This document shows, in pieces, positions 25,656 to 35,639 of a stretch of DNA of 64,000 bases. Below the pieces are notes generated by a model. That model was not told the DNA's origin. It saw only the letters and a list, made by a program, of their open reading frames with translations, and ran no database searches. The stretch spans positions 61,816,001-61,880,000 of the forward strand of contig NC_058382.1 in assembly GCF_018350175.1 (NCBI RefSeq), written 5' to 3'. Source of the stretch: Felis catus. Lineage: Eukaryota. The position numbers were made by a program, and so were the translations under genes. Position 1 is the stretch's first letter. The number at the start of each line of letters is the position of its first letter.

Positions 25656-25992
25656 TCATTCCTGAAGTAGCAGGGTGTCTGTCTCGTCCATTGTTCTTTT
25701 GTTATCTTTGGCATAGCTGACGACATATACGACATTTCCCCAACCAGCATCGGGGATGCGCAACATTTCTTCTACGAGCTGGACACCTCTCATCCACTGT
25801 AACACTGCATTCCTCTAGCGCATCCCACGTGCTCCCGGATACTGGCGTGTAACTGTGGATGGTAGCACTGTCCCATAGTCTTTGGATGGTATTTCAGGAG
25901 GTTCTTCATTCACATCTTTGGTTACCTTCGTGTCTTCTGGCATCTTCTCTCATGTTTCCACTAGGTCACTGCTACGACGCCCAACAGGGAAC
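25656..25992 (-). other. Unidentified exon-like or ORF-like fragment
   Basis: Acceptor-like ctctctgcttcag| ending at 25993; frame from ATG 25943 to TGA 25656 is 96 codons with one internal TAG (25815-25817); relatively CpG-rich. Confidence 0.35.
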
Positions 25993-26189
25993 CTGAAGCA
26001 GAGAGGGATTCAGGAGCAGACCAGTTACTGCTTGGCTCCCACAAATGGTCGCCTTGGAACTCTTTATGGATGAAGAGAAAACACCCACCACCACCGTTTC
26101 ATAACCCTGCACCGAATGTGGAGACAATAACCACCTACCCCCAAAAGGAAACTCCAGCAGGGTACATGTATCAAACCTAAGGTGTTGGT

Positions 26190-26835
26190 CATGTATTTTG
26201 GATCAATAAGTGAGGTTGTACTTTTGACTGGTAAGTGTACATCTAAATCCCTCAGAGGGGATATTATTCCCTGAGGTGACCCCAACCTAAATTGTTGGCC
26301 CACGGAGAGATGTGTTGTCACTATTGGTTGTGTTGATGTTGTCTCTGTAGGCCAGTGAATTAAAGCTCCATAGGGTCTTGTCCTATTCCAGCCTCTTCAC
26401 CGGAAGATCCATTTCACCGATTGAAAGAGACAGTAAAATCCTCATGTGGCCATTCATATGAGTCACTATTTAGGGAACAAATGATTATGTTACCTTTGCA
26501 CGGTCAGAATACCACGGCCATTTCACGAATGTCCCTGGGCAGGCAGGGCCTGTAAAACTACAAATGCTAGAGGTGATTTTATTGGTAAACAGGCAGGGTT
26601 TGTTTCACTGAGTTCCTTTTATTTCTTTTCATCTTTCCTTGATTGCCTATCTGTGTTGCATCAACAATTGGTTTGATATTGACTTTACAGTTAGGTTATT
26701 TTTATCTTATGGTTAACTATCCATGGTTATCTACTCTGATAGATGCTTATGCAAGGAAAAATATTTCTTGTTGCACATACTAGCATTATTGCTTCTATTG
26801 TGAAATTAACCCAGTCATCACTTAGGGGTTGGTTG
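26190..26835 (-). pseudogene. MT-RNR2: NUMT: mitochondrial 16S rRNA fragment, diverged
   Basis: Reverse complements of conserved 16S motifs: 'ggtgaccccaacctaaattg', 'aagctccatagggtctt', 'acaaatgattatgttacctttgcacggtcag', 'ggtaaacaggc'. Confidence 0.93.
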
Positions 26836-26862
26836 TCTTTTTTTGGTATTCAGATCTTAAGA

Positions 26863-26964
26863 TCATATACCAGTGCCTGAGCCCTACTGTGAACATTCAT
26901 TGTCACAGCCCTAACAACCGCCTACAGTACACGAATCATATCTTTTGCACTTCTAGGACAGCCT
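26863..26964 (+). pseudogene. MT-ND5: NUMT: mitochondrial ND5 fragment
   Basis: Mitochondrial-code translation SYTSAWALLWTFIVTALTTAYSTRIMSFALLGQP matches the ND5 motif SYTNAWALL.TLIATSLTAAYSTRI.FF.LLGQP. Confidence 0.88.
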
Positions 26965-29900
26965 GATACACATACTTGGCGATGCAGGGGTGTAATGCTC
27001 AAACCCCTCATTGGCGATGGACGGATGTCATGCTAGCACTCCCCCATCGGCAAGGGAGTAGTGATGCCACCACTAAATCTAACATTTCCTGAATAGCTTT
27101 CATCACTGTCAGAGCTGAAGAAGCAGTCTTATGTTACAGTTAGGGTTAGGGTTAGGATTAGAGTTAGAGTTAGGGGTTAGGGTAAAGTTTAGGTCACACT
27201 TACACCCCCCCCCCCATTAGGTGCGGGAGGGAGGCACTCTTGCATCTTGCCACCCCTCAGCATGGGAGGGTGTCATCCATGTGCCTGCCCCCCCTTGGCG
27301 AGGGAGTATTGATGCCACTATTAAATCTGATGTTTCATGAATGGGTCTTTTCACTTTCATGGCTGAAGAAGCAGCATCTCTTATGATGAGGGTTAGGGTT
27401 GGGATTACCCTGAGGGATAGGGTAAGGGTTAGGTCATGCTTGCACGCCCCGTTTTGGCAAGGGAGGAAGGTCATACCTGACCCCCACCACCCTCCTTGTG
27501 GAAGGGTGTTCAGGCATGCAGCCTGCCTCCCCTCCACAAGGGAGTTGTGATGCCACTACTTAATGTGTTGTTTTATGAATGGCTCTTTTCACTTTCATAG
27601 CTGAAGAAGCAGGCATTTTTTAAGGTAAGGGTTATGGTTAGGATTGCCGTTCATGGTTCAGGTAAGGGATAGGCCATGCCTGCACCCTCCCTTGGAGTGG
27701 GAGGGCGTTCACACATGCTCCATGCCCCCTCTCATCTTGGGAGGGTGTTCACCAATAGGACCCAGCCCCCTTTAGCAGGGGAGCGTGTTGATGTATGCAC
27801 CTGCACCCCTCTGGTGTGCGAGGGTGTTCACGCATGGGCACCACAACCCTAGGCGATGGAAGGCATTTGCCCCTGCGCCCTGCCCTCTTTGGCTCAGGAG
27901 GGTGTTCATGCATGCGCACAGTCCCCCCTTGGCTTGGGAGGGTGTTCAGGTATGTGCACGCACACGCCTCCAGGTGTGGGAGGGAGTTCACGCATGTGCC
28001 CTGCCCCCCTGAGGCGCTGGAGAGAGTCACTTGTGCACAGTGCCACTACTCAGTAAGGGAGTAGTGATACCACTATTAAATCTCACGTTTCATGGATGGC
28101 TGTTTTCACTTTCACAGCTGAAGAAGCATACATCTCTTAAGGTCAGGGGTAGGGTTAGCATTACAGTTAGGGGTTAAGGTAAGGGTTAGGTCATGCTTGC
28201 TCTTCCCCCTCAGCATGAGAAGGTTTCACGCATTACCCTGCTATCCTGAGCAATGGAGAGTGTTCACCCTTTCACCCCACCCCCTGAGAGTGGTAAAATA
28301 TTAAAGCACGTGCTCCACTCCACTTCCGCTGGGGAGGGCTTTCATACATGCGTAGGTCTCTTCGGGACAGATTGTTCATATATATGCACCACCACCTCTC
28401 AGTGTGGGAGGGTGTTCACTCGTGGGCATACCTCACCTATACATAGGAGATGATTCATGTATGTATCTTGCCCACCTCAGCATGGGAGGGTTTTTACACA
28501 TGTGCACAGCCCTACCTTGGTGTGGGAGGAGCTCACCCATGCAGAGCGCCACCCATCAATGAGGGAATAGTGATGCTACTATTAAATGTGATGTTTCATA
28601 AATGGTTCTTTTCACTCCCACCGCTGAACTAGCAGACAACTCTTAAGGTAAGGGTTAGGGTTAGCATTACCATTAACGGTTAGGGTAAGGGTTAGGTCAT
28701 GCTTCCACACCCCCTCCTCACCAGAGTGTATTCATGCAATAGCACCGCCCCTCAGTGCGGGAGAATATTCATGCATGTGTCCTGCCCCTTTCAGTGTGGT
28801 AGGGTGTTCCTACATGCGCCCCATCCCCTTCCACTTGGTAGTGCGTTCACACATTCGCACATTTGCACAACCCCCACCGAGGTGAGGGAGGGTGTTAACA
28901 CATGTGCCCTGTCTCCCTCCACATGGGAGGTGGTTCACACATGCTCCTCACCCCTCAGCGAGGGAGGGTGTCACCCATGAACAGTGCCACCCCTCGGAGT
29001 GGGAGTAGTGTTGTCACTATTAAATGTGACATTTCATCAATGATTCTTTTCACTTTCACAGCTGAAGAAGCACGCATCACTTAAGGTAAGGGTTAGGGTT
29101 AGCATTACATTTAGGGTTTAGTGTAAGGGTTAGGTCATGCTTGCTCCCCCTTTCTGCACGAGAGGTGTTTCACTCATGCTCCCTGCCCCACTCGGCACGT
29201 GAGGGTGTTCACGGATGCGCACAGCCCTCCCTCGGGGTAGAAGGGCGTTCTCATGCACAACCCCCCTTTGCAACGGAGGGCGTTTGTGCATGCACCCTGC
29301 CCCACTAGCACGGGAGTTTGTTCTCATGTGTGTAAGGCCCCCCCTCCTGGCATAAGGGCATTCACCCATGTGCACCATCCCCCTTTGGCATGAGAAGGTG
29401 TTGACCTATGTGACTTGATACGTCACCATGGGAGAATATTCACGCATCTGCCCTGCCCTCCTCTGCCTGGGAGGGTGTGTTCATGCATGGGCACAGCCCA
29501 CAGTCAGTGAGGGACGGTATTCATGCATGCGCACAACAACCCCTCCATGAGGGAGGGTGTTCACGCATGCGCCATGCATCCCTCAGCAAGGGAATGGTTC
29601 AAGCATGCACCCCATACCCACTTTGGCACGGGAGGGTGTTGACCTATGCCCCTCGCCCCCTCAGCGCTGGAGGGCGTTCATAGATGTGCCCAGCCCCTGT
29701 CGTGGCGGAAGTGTGTTCACGTTTGTAAACAACCCCGGCTAGGGGAGGGATGCCATTCTCACGTGGATCCCACCCCATACCATGGGCGGGGGCTGTTCAT
29801 ACATGTGCACAGCTCTCCCTACTGGCGGAAGAGTGTTCACACATGCACAAAACTCCCGCTCGAAGATGTAGGGCGTTTCCACGTGAGCACAACCCCCATC

Positions 29901-31859
29901 AGCAAGGGAGGGCATTCATCCATGCTCCTTACCCGCTACTGCAGTAGGCTATACAGGCATGCGCACAGCTCCCCCCCCCCCCCAACTGGCTGGTGTTCAC
30001 GCATGCGCACAGCCCCCCTTAATGAGGGAGGCATTTGCACATGCGCCCCCCTCCCTTGGGCAAGGAAGGGTGTTCAGACATGCGCAGAACCACCACCTCA
30101 GCCAGGGAGGTCGTTGGCGCATGCGCCCTGCCCCACTTAGCACAGGAGGTGCTTCAGGCTTCCGCCTGGCTCCCTGTCAGCATGTGAGTCGGTCACCCAT
30201 GCACAGCGCCACCCATCAGGGAGGAAGTACTGATGTCACTATTGAATGTAATGTTTTATGAATGGTTCTTTTCACACTCACAGCTGAAGAAACACGTATC
30301 TCTTAAGGTTATGTTTAGGGTTAACATTACCATCAGTGATAGGGTAAGGGTTTCATCAAGCTTCCTCCCCCTGCGCATGGATTTCCAGGCATTAGCCTGT
30401 CCCCCTTTGGCATGGGAGCATGTTCACCCATGTGCCCAACCCCACTTTGGCACAGCAGGGTGTTGGCATATGCGCCTCACCCCCATATTGCAGGAGGCTA
30501 TCCACGCATGGGCACTGCCACACCTAGGGACAGAAGGGTGTTCACACATGTGCACAAACCCTCTCATTGTGGAATGGTGTTCGCGCATGCGCCCAGCGCT
30601 CTCCACGGGGAGAAGGTTCTCATATGCACCACGCCCCCTTGACATGGCAGGGTGTTCACGCATAGGAACCAGCCCCTCTCTATGAGGGAGGGGTGCTTTC
30701 GTGCATGTGCCATGCAACTCTGCCGCCAGGGAGGCTGTTGACATATGCTCCCTGCTTCCCTCGCCAGAATGGTGTTCACGCATATGCAAAGCCCCCCCCT
30801 TCCTGTCCGAAGGGGGTTTAGGCATGCCCACAACCCCCGCTCTGTGAGGTAGACCATTTGTGCAGGCACACAACCCTCCCTCAGCAAGGGAGAGCGTTCA
30901 CACTTGGCCCAGCTCACGTCGGCGTGAAGGGTGTTTGCACATGCACAGAACCCTCCTCAGCGATGGAGGGCATTCAAACATGCACCCCACCCCACTTGAC
31001 GCCAGATGTGGTTCAGGATTCTGCCTTGCCCCTGGTTGGTGTATGAGATGGTCACGCATGCACAGTGCCATCCTTCAGGGAGAGACTAGTGATGTCACTA
31101 TTAAATGTGATGATTCGCGGATGGTTCTTTCCCTTTCACAGTTGAAGAAACATGCATCTCTTATGGTAAGGGTTAGGGTTGGCACTGACATAAGGGGAGG
31201 GTATGTCTTAGGTCATACTTCCTCCACTCTGGGTATGGAAGGTTTTCAAGCATTAGCGCTCCCCCCCCCCTTTGGACAGGAGGGAGTTGAAACATGCACC
31301 GTCCCACCTCAAGGGTGGGCGGTCACCATTGCACCATTGTCTCTGGAATGGAGGGGTGTCACTCATGTGCTCTCCCCCACCTCAGCACGGGAGGGGATCA
31401 TGCATGTGTCCCTTCTGCATCCCTTCAGAAGGGATGATTTCTTAGGCTCCACGACTATCATCTGTGTTTACTTCCTGGAAAATAGCGGGATTCCATTTGT
31501 ACTCCAAACGGAGGTGTGGGATCAGGTCCACGCATGATCAGGTGTCCATGCAGGGGTGTTGCAGGATATTACCACTTCGCACTGGTAGTAGGTGGGGGAC
31601 GAGTATGGGAGTGGGTTCAAAGAGTATTACACCAAAGAGGGTGATGTAAGATAGGCCAGACATGGATACATGGTCCTTCCTGCAGGAAATGTAATTTAAT
31701 GTATTGCCTGGAGAACTGGGAATGGTCATAATAATGACTCAATGGCTGCCTGTAGTCAACTAGGTTGAAATGCCAGAACTTCCCTGACTTTCTCAGGGAA
31801 GGAAGACTCCAAAGTCCAAGGGAGATGGGAATGGGGGCCTGTTGTGCACACACCTGATC

Positions 31860-32265
31860 TTTTACCACAAACTTAATGGCTTATGAGAACAAAATTATGT
31901 TCTCTAAGAGTTCTGGAGGCCAGGAACCCAAAATCCCTTTACTCAGACTCAGGTGTCAGCAGGGCTGTACTCCTGGTGGAGACTCCAGGGCTCCAGGGGA
32001 CAGTGTACCCCTTCTGTCTAGTAGCTCCCGGTGGCCACCAACCTCCTTTGGCTTGTGACCACATCACCCCAGTCTGTCTCCATGGACACAGTGCCTCCTC
32101 TTTTGTCAAGTCTCCCTTTGCCTCTCTAAGGATGTTTGTCATTCCATCTAGGGCTCACTCAGGCAACCCAGGCCTCAAGATCCTTAACTAGATCCCATCG
32201 ATGGGAGTTAGATTCCAGCTATTAGGACTTGCTTTCTTTGAGGGCCATTGCCCAGCCTAGTACAA
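31860..32265 (-). mobile_element. MaLR (MLT1-like) LTR fragment
   Basis: 'accacaaacttaatggctta...ttctggaggccaggaacccaaaatc...ggtgtcagcagggctg'. Confidence 0.7.
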
Positions 32266-33045
32266 TGTGTCCTTCCATAGGCAGACAGCCAAACTATGCT
32301 ATCCCTGTGTGGTGGGCACTCACCTGTGAGCAGTGCCAGGGCACGCACTGCTGACAGACACTGCAGCAGGACTGAATCTCTGGAGAATTATGCCCAGAGT
32401 GGAAAAGCGAATCCTAAAAAGATCACATGCTTTTCGATTCGATTTGTATAATATTCTCGGTGCGACAAAATCATAAAAATGGTTAGCAGATCAGGGATTG
32501 CCAGGCGTCACAGAGGTGATGGGTGCAGGAATGAGATGGGAATGTCTGCTGTAAGAGGACAACTTGGGAGTCCCTATGGAGGGCTCGATGCTCTGTTTCT
32601 CGTGTGCATCGGTATTGAAATGTTGGCCATGATCCCATTCTACAGGCAGAGAGAACGTAGGGCATCTTTATCATGTTCCCAATCACACGCATTCCCAACA
32701 ACCTCACAGCTGCCCACATTGCTACATCTATCCCCATGGCCCTGGCTGGTGTCCCGTTGACACAGTTGGGTCGTATTCCTAAGGGAGAAATCCATCTCTT
32801 GCTAACACGCTTCCCATTCCGCTTCCCTCTCTCCTGCACACTGCGGGTTTTCTCAGGACCTGGCCATCCTGTGCACCTGCAGCCATTTCTCCCAGCCCAC
32901 GGGGAGCAATCACTTCCCATCCAGTATCACCTGTTTTGTCTTCCTATGCCTAGCATTGCACGTGCCAGTGCCTGCAGACCTTCCCTTGTCTCTGTCAGCT
33001 GAGTCTGAATGGGCTTCCTCTCCCACTCATCCCTAGTTCTCATCT

Positions 33046-33221
33046 CTTTTTTTTATTATTTATATATGAAATTTATTGACAAATTGGTTTCCATACAACA
33101 CCCAGTGCTCATCCCCAAAGGTGCCCTCCTCAATACCCATCACCCACCCTCTCCTCCCTCCCACCCCCCATCAACCCTCAGTTTGTTCTCAGTTTTTAAC
33201 AGTCTCTTATGCTTTGGCTCC
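33046..33221 (-). mobile_element. Very short 5'-truncated young felid L1 insertion
   Basis: Nearly identical to the L1 3' end at 12660-12815; TSD gttctcatct. Confidence 0.9.
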
Positions 33222-33299
33222 GTTCTCATCTGTTTAATGAATGACATATATTGCTAAAGCTCACAGTGAAGTCTCAACCCCCTGTATGTGGACGATGTG

Positions 33300-34090
33300 G
33301 TACCATTTTACAGACTCACTCGATTACTCCTTTTCTTTAAAAATTCCTTCCTTCCTCCTCCCATCATCTGGGCCGCTGCTCACCAGTGTCTGTGTTGGTT
33401 GGTCCTCATCTTCTTCCCACACCCCCCCCATCTGCTTTCAGTCCACCCTTACTCTGGTGTGATGGCAGCCAGCCTCAGGCTTCTATCTACCAGCAGCTGG
33501 GGCCTCCAAGTCCTTATGCCCTGACCCCAGCTCTTCAAGTCTCCAGACTACTGACTCCAACGTATACCACACAGGTGCTACCCTCCCCAGACTCTGCTTC
33601 CTCCCTGAAGGTCTCTCCTATTCCCCTCCCCTTGTTTACTAGGCTGAAGCCACACCTGCTCTCTCCCTGTTCCCTGAGCATGTCAGGCACATATTCCTGC
33701 TTCAGGTCTTTGCACTCACTTTTCCTCTCTCTGTCCGGAATGTTTTCCCACAGACCAACAAGACATACTCCATCATTTCCGTCATAACTTTGCTCTGACA
33801 TCCCCTGCTCAGTGGAGTCTCTGCTAGCTCTCTATCTAAAACCAAAAACTGCTCCTTCTCTGACCTGAACACTTGATATCCCTTCCCACCATTCTTTTTC
33901 TTCCCGGCCCTTGGCATCATCTGTTTTTCTTTCTTTCTTGCTGAATGTCGCCTACTGCAGTCCCTGCCAGAATGTCGGCTCCATGGGGTTCAAAGACCAA
34001 ACTAGCTTGTTTAGGGCTGTTTCCTTAGGGCCCTAGAACAGTGTCTAATTCCTTCAAAGGCTCAAACACCATTTGCTGAACAAGTAAATA
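33300..34090 (+). mobile_element. L2 fragment
   Basis: C/T-rich decayed body ending 'ccctagaacagtgtct...atttgctgaacaagtaaat'. Confidence 0.55.
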
Positions 34091-34099
34091 TTGGGATTT

Positions 34100-34678
34100 C
34101 ATATTAATTTGCTGGGTCCACCATCACAAAGTACCACAGACTGGGTGGCTTAAGGAATATAAATTGATTTATTTATTTTCTCACACTTTATTTTTTTAAG
34201 GTTTATTTATTTTTGAGACAGAGACAGAGCATTAATGGGGGAGGGTCAGAGAGAGAGAGGGAGGCACAGAATCTGAAACAGGCTCTAGTGTCTGAGCTGT
34301 CATCACAGAGCCCAACGTGGGGCTTGAACTCATGAACTGCGATATCATGACCTGGGCCAAAGTCGGCGCTTAACCGACTGAGAGACCCAGGCGCCCCAAC
34401 TTTCTCACACTTTAGATCAAGGTGTGGCCAGGGTGAGTGTCCTGTCTCCATGACTGGTGGACGGCATCCTTCCCACGTCTTCACGTGGTCTGACTTCTGT
34501 GTGTGTATGTGCCTATTCTCTTCCTTTACGACACCAGTTATCAGATTAGGGTCCCTCCCCGCAATTGAGCTCATTCGACCTCCACTTTACCTTTCAAGAT
34601 CTGGCATCCAAGTACAGCCCCATAGGTAGTTAGGACTTTAATGTATGGACTTAGGGGGAAAATGCATTCCATAACAGG
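34100..34678 (-). mobile_element. MLT1-like LTR split by a Can-SINE
   Basis: 'acaaagtaccacagactgggtggcttaa' ... 'ccataaca' terminus. Confidence 0.75.
34190..34396 (-). mobile_element. Can-SINE (felid type)
   Basis: Full body; TSD ttctcacacttta. Confidence 0.95.
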
Positions 34679-35639
34679 TTTCTGTCTGTTGTACCTAGTC
34701 ACTACCTACATGTTTTTTTTTTCCTCTATGCCCTTTTCCCCATTATTTGCTCACACAGTACTAATCCCAGTTTGCCCTTAGCCCAAGTTATAACTCTGTT
34801 TATTTATCTGTATAGGCTTGCATCTTTCCTCTACCTCTATACTCCAAGTTCCTGGCTGGCACTGGAGTTACATCCTTAGCATGGGCATCATAACCTCCAG
34901 GTGAGGTAAGTATGATTATTCTCATTTTGAAAATCCACAATCTGAAGCTCAAGAGAGAGTAGGTCATGTTTCTGAGATCACAGTACTAGTAAGTGCTGTC
35001 CTTTGGATAACTTTGTTCTCATGGGCTCCAAAGCCCACTTTCTTTCATCTACCACACTGTCCCCAAGATGAACGGGGAAAAGCCATACTTCAGCCTGGTA
35101 TAATATAAGCAATGGTACGTGTAAAGCTGGTGTAACAATTCAGGAAATGGGATTAAGTTTAGTATCTGAGTAATTATACCCACAGGTTGAATTTCAATCT
35201 CACATCCTTTTATTTTTTTACTGCTGCAATTTCTGTTATCCTTAATGATTATATAAATGTATTCGTCCCTTTGCAAAATTTAGCCAGCAAGAATACTGAG
35301 AGAGTTTGTTTCCTTTGTAACAGGTCTGAATTATACAATGAATTCATAATGTCAAGATAATAGCTGTTATTTTTTCCTACAATATAGAAGAAAAGGTCAT
35401 TGCCTTTGTTGTAAGTTTACCATGTGTTCTTGGTAACAAGACTGAGCTGTATTGCTCAAAACCATCGTAGACTTTGAAAATCAGTTATTTATACTTAAGA
35501 GAGTATCGTTCTTTCTTTGGGTGCAGCTGGTTGTTGGAAATAGAACTTAGGATTTTTCTGCATAGATTGTCTATTTCAGAATGAGATTTGTTTTAAAAAG
35601 TATATTTGCATTCATGCGAGTTGTACAATTTTTCTTTTG

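Larger units (their letters stand above)
24850..31420 (+). repeat. Second composite satellite: conserved ~130-bp head plus variable numbers of ~39-bp GC-rich units
   Basis: Head core 'ttttcactttcacagctgaagaagca...ttaaggtaagggttaggg' near 25226, 25647, 27098, 27348, 27586, 28103, 28608, 29047, 30269 and 31128; unit 'gggagggtgttcacgcatg' recurs every 39-42 bp (e.g. 27698-27978). Confidence 0.9.

Noticed and set aside
27690..31050. Regularly spaced ~39-bp repeats resembling a CRISPR array
   Set aside because: Eukaryotic context, degenerate units whose inter-motif sequence is itself homologous, no unique spacers and no cas genes
24590..31420. Telomere-integrated herpesvirus (TMR-like arrays next to unusual DNA)
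   Set aside because: No recognisable viral gene; the TTAGGG blocks are integral to the satellite units
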